Source: Nemertoderma westbladi (taxonomy: Eukaryota > Animalia > Xenacoelomorpha). From it: a stretch of 62,089 nucleotides of DNA. The stretch lies in contig JAUCBJ010004684.1 in assembly GCA_032718475.1 (NCBI GenBank), forward strand, positions 1 to 62,089, in the 5' to 3' direction. Positions 40,001 to 51,435 of this stretch are shown piece after piece. Position 1 is the stretch's first letter. Every line of letters begins with the position of its first letter. Made by a program: the position numbers and the translations under genes. The notes beneath the pieces are model-generated. The model did no database searches. It saw only the letters and a program-made list of their open reading frames with translations, and was not told the origin of the DNA.

Positions 40001-43000
40001 TAGGTTAGTAAGCCAAATAGGTTAGTAACCCAAATAGGTTAGTAACCGAAATAGTTTAGTAACCCAAATAGGTTAGTAAGCCAAATAGGTTAGTAACCCA
40101 AATAGGTTAGTAACCCAAATAGGTTAGTATCCCAAATAGGTTAGTAACCCAAATAGGTTAGGGGGGACCCAAATAGGTTAGTAACCCAAATAGGTTAGGG
40201 GGGACCCAAATAGGTTAGTAAGCCAAATAGGTTAGTAACCCAAATAGGTTAGTAACCGAAATAGTTTAGTAACCCAAATAGGTTAGTAAGCCAAATAGGT
40301 TAGTAACCCAAATAGGTTAGTAACCCAAATAGGTTAGTATCCCAAATAGTTTAGTAACCCAAATAGGTTAGTAAGCCAAATAGGTTAGTAACCCAAATAG
40401 GTTAGTAACCCAAATAGGTTAGTATCCCAAATAGGTTAGTAACCCAAATAGGTTAGGGGGGACCCAAATAGGTTAGTAAGCCAAATAGGTTAGTAACCCA
40501 AATAGGTTAGTAACCGAAATAGTTTAGTAACCCAAATAGGTTAGTAAGCCAAATAGGTTAGTAACCCAAATAGGTTAGTAACCCAAATAGGTTAGTATCT
40601 CAAATAGGTTAGTAACCCAAATAGGTTAGGGGGGACCCAAATAGGTTAGTAACCCAAATAGGTTAGGGGGGACCCAAATAGGTTAGTAAGCCAAATAGGT
40701 TAGTAACCCAAATAGGTTAGTAACCGAAATAGTTTAGTAACCCAAATAGTTTAGTAACCCAAATAGGTTAGTAAGCCAAATAGGTTAGTAACCCAAATAG
40801 GTTAGTAACCCAAATAGGTTAGTATCCCAAATAGTTTAGTAACCCAAATAGGTTAGTAAGCCAAATAGGTTAGTAACCCAAATAGGTTAGTAACCCAAAT
40901 AGGTTAGTATCCCAAATAGGTTAGTAACCCAAATAGGTTAGGGGGGACCCAAATAGGTTAGTAAGCCAAATAGGTTAGTAACCCAAATAGGTTAGTAACC
41001 GAAATAGTTTAGTAACCCAAATAGGTTAGTAAGCCAAATAGGTTAGTAACCCAAATAGGTTAGTAACCCAAATAGGTTAGTATCCCAAATAGGTTAGTAA
41101 CCCAAATAGGTTAGTAACCCAAATAGTTTAGTAACCCAAATAGGTTAGTAAGCCAAATAGGTTAGTAACCCAAATAGGTTAGGGGGGACCCAAATAGGTT
41201 AGTAACCCAAATAGGTTAGTAACCCAAATAGGTTAGTAAGCCAAATAGGTTAGTAACCCAAATCGGTTAGTAACCCAAATAGGTTAGTAACCCAAATAGG
41301 TTAGTAACCCAAATAGGTTATGGGGGACCCAAATACGTTAGTAAGCCAAATAGGTTAGTAAGCCAAATAGGTTAGTAACCGAAATAGGTTAGTAACCCAA
41401 ATAGGTTAGTAACCCAAATAGGTTAGTAACCCAAATAGGTTAGTAACCCAAATAGGTTATGGGGGACCCAAATACGTTAGTAACCCAAATAGGTTAGTAA
41501 GCCAAATAGGTTAGTAACCCAAATAGGTTAGTAACCCAAATTGGTTAGTAACCCAAATAGGTTAGTGACCCAAATAGGTTAGTAACCCAAATAGGTTAGG
41601 GGGGACCCAAATAGGTTAGTAAGCCAAATAGGTTAGTAAGCCAAATAGGTTAGTAACCCAAAAAGGTTAGTAACCCAAATAGTTTAGTAACCCAAATAGG
41701 TTAGTAACCCAAATAGGTTAGTAACCCAAATTGGGTAGGGGGGACCCAAATAGGTTAGTAACCCAAATAGGTTAGTAACCCAAATAGGTTAGTAAGCCAA
41801 ATAGGTTAGTAACACAAATAGGTTAGTAAGCCAAATAGGTTAGTAACCCAAATAGGGGGGACCCAAATAGGTTAGTAACCCAAATAGGTTAGTAACCCAA
41901 ATAGGTTATGGGGGACCCAAATACGTTAGTAAGCCAAATAGGTTAGTAACCCAAATAGGTTAGTAACCGAAATAGGTTAGTAACCCAAATAGGTTAGTAA
42001 CCCAAATAGGTTAGTAACCCAAATAGGTTAGTAACCCAAATAGGTTATGGGGGACCCAAATACGTTAGTAACCCAAATAGGTTAGTAAGCCAAATAGGTT
42101 AGTAACCCAAATAGGTTAGTAACCCAAATAGGTTAGTAACCCAAATAGGTTAGTAACCCAAATAGGTTAGGGGGGACCCAAATAGGTTAGTAAGCCAAAT
42201 AGGTTAGTAAGCCAAATAGGTTAGTAACCCAAAAAGGTTAGTAACCCAAATAGTTTAGTAACCCAAATAGGTTAGTAACCCAAATAGGTTAGTAACCCAA
42301 ATTGGGTAGGGGGGACCCAAATAGGTTAGTAACCCAAATAGGTTAGTAACCCAAATAGGTTAGTAAGCCAAATAGGTTAGTAACACAAATAGGTTAGTAA
42401 GCCAAATAGGTTAGTAACCCAAATAGGGGGGACCCAAATAGGTTAGTAACCCAAATAGGTTAGTAACCCAAATAGGTTAGTAAGCCAAATAGGTTAGTAA
42501 CACAAATAGGTTAGTAACCCAAATAGGTTAGTAACCCAAATAGGTTAGTAAGCCAAATAGGTTAGTAAAACAAATAGGTTAGTAACCCAAATAGGTTAGT
42601 AACCCAAATAGGTTAGTAACCCAAATAGGTTAGTAAGCCAAATAGGTTAGTAACCCAAATAGGTTCGGTTAGTAAGCCAAATAGGTTAGTAACCCAAATA
42701 GGTTAGGGGGGACCCAAATAGGTTAGTAAGCCAAATAGGTTAGTAACCCAAATAGGTTAGTAACCGAAATAGTTTAGTAACCCAAATAGGTTAGTAAGCC
42801 AAATAGGTTAGTAACCCAAATAGGTTAGTAACCCAAATAGGTTTGTATCCCAAATAGGTTAGTAACCCAAATAGGTTAGGGGGGACCCAAATAGGTTAGT
42901 AACCCAAATAGGTTAGGGGGGACCCAAATAGGTTAGTAAGCCAAATAGGTTAGTAACCCAAATAGGTTAGTAACCGAAATAGTTTAGTAACCCAAATAGG

Positions 43001-46000
43001 TTAGTAAGCCAAATAGGTTAGTAACCCAAATAGGTTAGTAACCCAAATAGGTTAGTATCCCAAATAGTTTAGTAACCCAAATAGGTTAGTAAGCCAAATA
43101 GGTTAGTAACCCAAATAGGTTAGTAACCCAAATAGGTTAGTATCCCAAATAGGTTAGTAACCCAAATAGGTTAGGGGGGACCCAAATAGGTTAGTAAGCC
43201 AAATAGGTTAGTAACCCAAATAGGTTAGTAACCGAAATAGTTTAGTAACCCAAATAGGTTAGTAAGCCAAATAGGTTAGTAACCCAAATAGGTTAGTAAC
43301 CCAAATAGGTTAGTATCCCAAATAGGTTAGTAACCCAAATAGGTTAGGGGGGACCCAAATAGGTTAGTAACCCAAATAGGTTAGGGGGGACCCAAATAGG
43401 TTAGTAAGCCAAATAGGTTAGTAACCCAAATAGGTTAGTAACCGAAATAGTTTAGTAACCCAAATAGGTTAGTAAGCCAAATAGGTTAGTAACCCAAATA
43501 GGTTAGTAACCCAAATAGGTTAGTATCCCAAATAGTTTAGTAACCCAAATAGGTTAGTAAGCCAAATAGGTTAGTAACCCAAATAGGTTAGTAACCCAAA
43601 TAGGTTAGTATCCCAAATAGGTTAGTAACCCAAATAGGTTAGGGGGGACCCAAATAGGTTAGTAAGCCAAATAGGTTAGTAACCCAAATAGGTTAGTAAC
43701 CGAAATAGTTTAGTAACCCAAATAGGTTAGTAAGCCAAATAGGTTAGTAACCCAAATAGGTTAGTAACCCAAATAGGTTAGTATCCCAAATAGGTTAGTA
43801 ACCCAAATAGGTTAGTAACCCAAATAGGTTAGTAAGCCAAATAGGTTAGTAAGCCAAATAGGTTAGTAACCCAAATAGGTTAGTAACCCAAATAGTTTAG
43901 TAACCCAAATAGGTTAGTAAGCCAAATAGGTTAGTAACCCAAATAGGTTAGGGGGGACCCAAATAGGTTAGTAAGCCAAATAGGTTAGTAACCCAAATAG
44001 GTTAGTAACCCAAATAGGTTAGTAACCCAAATAGGTTAGTAACCCAAATAGGTTATGGGGGACCCAAATACGTTAGTAAGCCAAATAGGTTAGTAAGCCA
44101 AATAGGTTAGTAACCGAAATAGGTTAGTAACCCAAATAGGTTAGTAACCCAAATAGGTTAGTAACCCAAATAGGTTAGTAACCCAAATAGGTTAGTAACC
44201 CAAATAGGTTAGTAAGCCAAATAGGTTAGTAACCCAAATAGGTTAGTAACCCAAATAGGTTAGTAACCCAAATAGGTTAGTAACCCAAATAGGTTATGGG
44301 GGACCCAAATACGTTAGTAAGCCAAATAGGTTAGTAAGCCAAATAGGTTAGTAACCCAAATAGGTTAGTAACCCAAATAGGTTAGTATCCCAAATAGGTT
44401 AGTAACCCAAATACGTTAGTAACCCAAATAGGTTAGTAACCCAAATAGTTTAGTAACCCAAATAGGTTAGTAAGCCAAATAGGTTAGTAACCCAAATAGG
44501 TTAGGGGGGACCCAAATAGGTTAGTAACCCAAATAGGTTAGTAACCCAAATAGGTTAGTAAGCCAAATAGGTTAGTAACCCAAATAGGTTAGTAACCCAA
44601 ATAGGTTAGTAACCCAAATAGGTTAGTAACCCAAATAGGTTAGTAACCCAAATAGGTTATGGGGGACCCAAATACGTTAGTAAGCCAAATAGGTTAGTAA
44701 GCCAAATAGGTTAGTAACCGAAATAGGTTAGTAACCCAAATAGGTTAGTAACCCAAATAGGTTAGTAACCCAAATAGGTTAGTAACCCAAATAGGTTATG
44801 GGGGACCCAAATACGTTAGTAACCCAAATAGGTTAGTAAGCCAAATAGGTTAGTAACCCAAATAGGTTAGTAACCCAAATTGGTTAGTAACCCAAATAGG
44901 TTAGTGACCCAAATAGGTTAGTACCCCAAATAGGTTAGGGGGGACCCAAATAGGTTAGTAAGCCAAATAGGTTAGTAAGCCAAATAGGTTAGTAACCCAA
45001 AAAGGTTAGTAACCCAAATAGTTTAGTAACCCAAATAGGTTAGTAACCCAAATAGGTTAGTAACCCAAATTGGGTAGGGGGGACCCAAATAGGTTAGTAA
45101 CCCAAATAGGTTAGTAACCCAAATAGGTTAGTAAGCCAAATAGGTTAGTAACACAAATAGGTTAGTAAGCCAAATAGGTTAGTAACCCAAATAGGGGGGA
45201 CCCAAATAGGTTAGTAACCCAAATAGATTAGTAACCCAAATAGGTTAGTAAGCCAAATAGGTTAGTAACACAAATAGGTTAGTAACCCAAATAGGTTAGT
45301 AACCCAAATAGGTTAGTAAGCCAAATAGGTTAGTAAAACAAATAGGTTAGTAACCCAAATAGGTTAGTAACCCAAATAGGTTAGTAACCCAAATAGGTTA
45401 GTAAGCCAAATAGGTTAGTAACCCAAATAGGTTCGGTTAGTAAGCCAAATAGGTTAGTAACCCAAATAGGTTAGGGGGGACCCAAATAGGTTAGTAAGCC
45501 AAATAGGTTAGTAACCCAAATAGGTTAGTAACCGAAATAGTTTAGTAACCCAAATAGGTTAGTAAGCCAAATAGGTTAGTAACCCAAATAGGTTAGTAAC
45601 CCAAATAGGTTAGTATCCCAAATAGGTTAGTAACCCAAATAGTTTAGTAACCCAAATAGGTTAGTAAGCCAAATAGGTTAGTAACCCAAATAGGTTAGTA
45701 ACCCAAATAGTTTAGTAACCCAAATAGGTTAGTAACCCAAATAGGTTAGGGGGGACCCAAATAGGTTAGTAACCCAAATAGGTTAGTAACCCAAATAGGT
45801 TAGTAAGCCAAATAGGTTAGTAACACAAATAGGTTAGTAACCCAAATAGTTTAGTAACCCAAATAGGTTAGTAAGCCAAATAGGTTAGTAACGCAAATAG
45901 GTTAGTAACCCAAATAGGTTAGTAACCCAAATAGGTTAGTAACCCAAATAGGTTAGTAAGCCAAATAGGTTAGTAACCCAAATAGGTTCGGTTAGTAAGC

Positions 46001-49000
46001 CAAATAGGTTAGTAACCCAAATAGGTTAGTAACCCAAATAGGTTAGTAAGCCAAATAGGTTAGTAACACAAATAGGTTAGTAACCCAAATAGTTTAGTAA
46101 CCCAAATAGGTTAGTAAGCCAAATAGGTTAGTAACGCAAATAGGTTAGTAACCCAAATAGGTTAGTAACCCAAATAGGTTATGGGGGACCCAAATACGTT
46201 AGTAACCCAAATAGGTTAGTAAGCCAAATAGGTTAGTAACCCAAATAGGTTAGTAACCCAAATAGGTTAGTAACCCAAATAGGTTAGTGACCCAAATAGG
46301 TTAGTAACCCAAATAGGTTAGTAACCCAAATAGGTTAGTAACCCAAATAGGTTATGGGGGACCCAAATACGTTAGTAACCCAAATAGGTTAGTAAGCCAA
46401 ATAGGTTAGTAACCCAAATAGGTTAGTAACCCAAATTGGTTAGTAACCCAAATAGGTTAGTGACCCAAATAGGTTAGTAACCCAAATAGGTTAGGGGGGA
46501 CCCAAATAGGTTAGTAAGCCAAATAGGTTAGTAAGCCAAATAGGTTAGTAACCCAAAAAGGTTAGTAACCCAAATAGTTTAGTAACCCAAATAGGTTAGT
46601 AACCCAAATAGGTTAGTAACCCAAATTGGGTAGGGGGGACCCAAATAGGTTAGTAACCCAAATAGGTTAGTAACCCAAATAGGTTAGTAAGCCAAATAGG
46701 TTAGTAAGCCAAATAGGTTAGTAACGCAAATAGGTTAGTAACCCAAATAGGTTAGTAACCCAAATAGGTTAGTAACCCAAATAGGTTAGTAAGCCAAATA
46801 GGTTAGTAACCCAAATAGGTTCGGTTAGTAAGCCAAATAGGTTAGTAACCCAAATAGGTTAGTAACCCAAATAGGTTAGTAAGCCAAATAGGTTAGTAAC
46901 ACAAATAGGTTAGTAACCCAAATAGTTTAGTAACCCAAATAGGTTAGTAAGCCAAATAGGTTAGTAACGCAAATAGGTTAGTAACCCAAATAGGTTAGTA
47001 ACCCAAATAGGTTATGGGGGACCCAAATACGTTAGTAACCCAAATAGGTTAGTAAGCCAAATAGGTTAGTAACCCAAATAGGTTAGTAACCCAAATAGGT
47101 TAGTAACCCAAATAGGTTAGTGACCCAAATAGGTTAGTAACCCAAATAGGTTAGTAACCCAAATAGGTTAGTAACCCAAATAGGTTATGGGGGACCCAAA
47201 TACGTTAGTAACCCAAATAGGTTAGTAACCCAAATAGGTTAGTAACCCAAATAGGTTATGGGGGACCCAAATACGTTAGTAACCCAAATAGGTTAGTAAG
47301 CCAAATAGGTTAGTAACCCAAATAGGTTAGTAACCCAAATAGGTTAGTAACCCAAATAGGTTATGGGGGACCCAAATACGTTAGTAACCCAAATAGGTTA
47401 GTAAGCCAAATAGGTTAGTAACCCAAATAGGTTAGTAACCCAAATAGGTTAGTAACCCAAATAGGTTAGTGACCCAAATAGGTTAGTAACCCAAATAGGT
47501 TAGGGGGGACCCAAATAGGTTAGTAAGCCAAATAGGTTAGTAAGCCAAATAGGTTAGTAACCCAAAAAGGTTAGTAACCCAAATAGTTTAGTAACCCAAA
47601 TAGGTTAGTAACCCAAATAGGTTAGTAACCCAAATTGGGTAGGGGGGACCCAAATAGGTTAGTAACCCAAATAGGTTAGTAACCCAAATAGGTTAGTAAG
47701 CCAAATAGGTTAGTAACACAAATAGGTTAGTAAGCCAAATAGGTTAGTAACCCAAATAGGGGGGACCCAAATAGGTTAGTAACCCAAATAGGTTAGTAAC
47801 CCAAATAGGTTAGTAAGCCAAATAGGTTAGTAACACAAATAGGTTAGTAATCCAAATAGGTTAGTAACCCAAATAGGTTAGTAAGCCAAATAGGTTAGTA
47901 AAACAAATAGGTTAGTAACCCAAATAGGTTAGTAACCCAAATAGGTTAGTAACCCAAATAGGTTAGTAAGCCAAATAGGTTAGTAACCCAAATAGGTTCG
48001 GTTAGTAAGCCAAATAGGTTAGTAACCCAAATAGGTTAGGGGGGACCCAAATAGGTTAGTAAGCCAAATAGGTTAGTAACCCAAATAGGTTAGTAACCGA
48101 AATAGTTTAGTAACCCAAATAGGTTAGTAAGCCAAATAGGTTAGTAACCCAAATAGGTTAGTAACCCAAATAGGTTAGTATCCCAAATAGGTTAGTAACC
48201 CAAATAGTTTAGTAACCCAAATAGGTTAGTAAGCCAAATAGGTTAGTAACCCAAATAGGTTAGTAACCCAAATAGTTTAGTAACCCAAATAGGTTAGTAA
48301 CCCAAATAGGTTAGGGGGGACCCAAATAGGTTAGTAACCCAAATAGGTTAGTAACCCAAATAGGTTAGTAAGCCAAATAGGTTAGTAACACAAATAGGTT
48401 AGTAACCCAAATAGTTTAGTAACCCAAATAGGTTAGTAAGCCAAATAGGTTAGTAACGCAAATAGGTTAGTAACCCAAATAGGTTAGTAACCCAAATAGG
48501 TTAGTAACCCAAATAGGTTAGTAAGCCAAATAGGTTAGTAACCCAAATAGGTTCGGTTAGTAAGCCAAATAGGTTAGTAACCCAAATAGGTTAGTAACCC
48601 AAATAGGTTAGTAAGCCAAATAGGTTAGTAAGCCAAATAGGTTAGTAACGCAAATAGGTTAGGGGGGACCCAAATAGGTTAGTAAGCCAAATAGGTTAGT
48701 AAGCCAAATAGGTTAGTAACACAAATAGGTTAGTAACCCAAATAGTTTAGTAACCCAAATAGGTTAGTAAGCCAAATAGGTTAGTAACGCAAATAGGTTA
48801 GTAACCCAAATAGGTTAGTAACCCAAATAGGTTAGTAACCCAAATAGGTTAGTAAGCCAAATAGGTTAGTAACACAAATAGGTTAGTAAGCCAAATAGGT
48901 TAGTAACCCAAATAGGTTAGGGGGGACCCAAATAGGTTAGTAACCCAAATAGGTTAGAAACCCAAATAGGTTAGTAAGCCAAATAGGTTAGTAACACAAA

Positions 49001-51062
49001 TAGGTTAGTAACCCAAATAGTTTAGTAACCCAAATAGGTTAGTAAGCCAAATAGGTTAGTAACGCAAATAGGTTAGTAACCCAAATAGGTTAGTAACCCA
49101 AATAGGTTAGTAACCCAAATAGGTTAGTAAGCCAAATAGGTTAGTAACCCAAATAGGTTCGGTTAGTAAGCCAAATAGGTTAGTAACCCAAATAGGTTAG
49201 TAACCCAAATAGGATAGTAACCCAAATAGGTTAGTAACCCAAATAGGTTAGGTGGGACCCAAATAGGTTAGTAAGCCAAATAGGTTAGTAACCGAAATAG
49301 TTTAGTAACCCAAATAGGTTAGTAAGCCAAATAGCTTAGTAACCCAAATAGGTTAGTAACCCAAATAGGTTAGTAACCCAAATAGGTTAGTAACCCAAAT
49401 AGTTTAGTAACCCAAATAGGTTAGTAAGCCAAATAGGTTAGTAACCCAAATTGGGTAGTAACCCAAATAGGTTCGTAACCCAAATAGGTTAGGCGGGACC
49501 CAAATAGGTTAGTAAGCCAAATAGGTTAGTAACCCAAATAGGTTAGTAACCGAAATAGTTTAGTAACCCAAATAGGTTAGTAAGCCAAATAGCTTAGTAA
49601 CCCAAATAGGTTAGTAACCCAAATAGGTTAGTAACCCAAATAGGTTAGTAACCCAAATAGTTTAGTAACCCAAATAGGTTAGTAAGCCAAATAGGTTAGT
49701 AATCCAAATAGGTTAGTGAGCCAAATAGGTTAGTAACCCAAATAGGTTAGTAACACAAATAGGTTAGTAACCCAAATAGGTTAGTAAGCCAAATAGGTTA
49801 GTAACCCAAATAGGTTAGTAATACAAATAGGTTAGTAAGCCAAATAGGTTAGTAACCCAAATAGGTTAGTATCCCAAATAGGTTAGTATCCCAAATAGGT
49901 TAGTAAGCGAAATAGGTTAGTAACCCAAATAGGTTAGTAAGCCAAATAGGTTAGTAACCCAAATAGGTTAGTAAGCCAAATAGGTTAGTAACCCAAATAG
50001 GTTAGTAAGCCAAATAGGTTAGTGAGCCAAATAGGTTAGTAACCCAAATAGGTTAGTAACACAAATAGGTTAGTAAGCCAAATAGGTTAGTAACCCAAAT
50101 AGGTTAGTAACACAAATAGGTTAGTAAGCCAAATAGGTTAGTAACCCAAATAGGTTCGGTTAGTAAGCCAAATAGGTTAGTAACCCAAATAGGTTAGTAA
50201 CACAAATAGGTTAGTAACCCAAATAGGTTCGGTTAGTAAGCCAAATAGGTTAGTAACCCAAATAGGTTAGTAACCCAAATAAGTTAGTAACCCAAATAGG
50301 TTAGTAACCCAAATATGTTAGGGGGGACCCAAATAGGTTAGTAGGCCAAATAGGTTAGTAACCCAAATAGGTTAGTAACCGAAATAGTTTAGTATCCCAA
50401 ATAGGTTAGTAAGCCAAATAGGTTAGTAACCCAAATAGGTTAGTAACCCAAATAGGTTAGTAACCCAAATAGGTTAGTAACCCAAATAGGTTAGTAACCC
50501 AAATAGGTTAGTAAGCCAAATAGGTTAGTAACCCAAATAGGTTAGTAAGCCAAATAGGTTAGTAACCCAAATAGGTTAGTAAGCCAAATAGGTTAGTGAG
50601 CCAAATAGGTTAGTAACCCAAATAGGTTAGTAACACAAATAGGTTAGTAAGCCAAATAGGTTAATAACCCAAATAGGTTAGTATCCCAAATAGGTTAGTA
50701 AGCGAAATAGGTTAGTAACCCAAATAGGTTAGTAAGCCAAATAGGTTAGTAACCCAAATAGGTTAGTAAGCCAAATAGGTTAGTAACCCAAATAGGTTAG
50801 TAACACAAATAGGTTAGTAACCCAAATAGGTTAGTAACCCAAATAGGTTAGTAACACAAATAGGTTAGTATGCCAAATAGGTTAGTAACCCAAATAGATT
50901 AGTATCCCAAATAGGTTAGTAACCCAAATAGGTTAGTAACCCAAATAGGTTAGAAAGCCAAATAGGTTAGTAACCCAAATAGGTTAGTAACCCAAATAGG
51001 TTAGTAAGCCAAATAGGTTAGTAACCCAAATAGGTTAGTAACCCAGATTCGGTTAGTAACTC
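19022..51062 (+). repeat. Satellite 3: 17-bp tandem repeat, core consensus AACCCAAATAGGTTAGT (edge variants AACCCAGATCGGTTAGT and AACCCAGACTCGGTTAGT), about 1,900 copies
   Basis: Continuous 17-bp periodicity. Recurrent variants include AAGCC, AACAC, TATCC, GGTTAGGGGGGACCC, GGTTATGGGGGACCCAAATACG and GGTTCGGTT. Confidence 0.98.
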
Positions 51063-51124
51063 ATGTAATTCGCGTTAATATCAATATCAAATCAGCCAAT
51101 CAACTACTTTTTGTTTGTTTGCAG
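19033..51124 (+). other. DCAF11: Giant intron of DCAF11 (32,092 bp, GT-AG, phase 1), more than 99% satellite
   Basis: Joining 19032 to 51125 gives G|TT (Val) and a continuous VPRHVWKGNKLKGDSSLMTYRGH, colinear with recalled human VPKKAWRKLKLPGDSSLMTYRGH. A pyrimidine tract CTTTTTGTTTGTTTGCAG lies at about 51107-51124. Confidence 0.9.
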
Positions 51125-51435
51125 TTTGGAAAGGGAATAAATTAAAAGGAGATTCGTCATTAATGACATACAGAGGACATAGAGTCCTACATACTCTTAT
51201 ACGATCTCGCTTCTCGCCCATGCATTCCACTGGCCAGAAGTTTATCATTACTGGGTGCAGCTCAGGAGCCGTGGTTGTTTACGACGTTCTCAGCGGTAAC
51301 GTAGTAACCAAACTAAAACAACACGAGGCCTGTGTGAGGGATGTTTCGTGGCATCCTTACGAACAGATAATTGTTTCCTCTAGTTGGGACGGAACTGTGG
51401 GGAAGTGGACATACAACTCGAAATATCGGAGATAG
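51125..51435 (+). CDS. DCAF11: DCAF11/WDR23 terminal coding exon: (V)WKGNKLKGDSSLMTYRGHRVLHTLIRSRFSPMHSTGQKFI...CVRDVSWHP...SSSWDGTVGKWTYNSKYRR*
   Basis: ORF 51115-51435 carries the DCAF11 signature motifs TYRGH.VL.TLIR.RFSP.HSTGQ and VRDVSWHP. Stop codon TAG is at 51433-51435. Confidence 0.95.

Noticed and set aside
20610-50330. TTAGGG occurrences as telomeric repeats
   Set aside because: They are isolated parts of the GGTTAGGGGGGACCC variant and never form tandem (TTAGGG)n.
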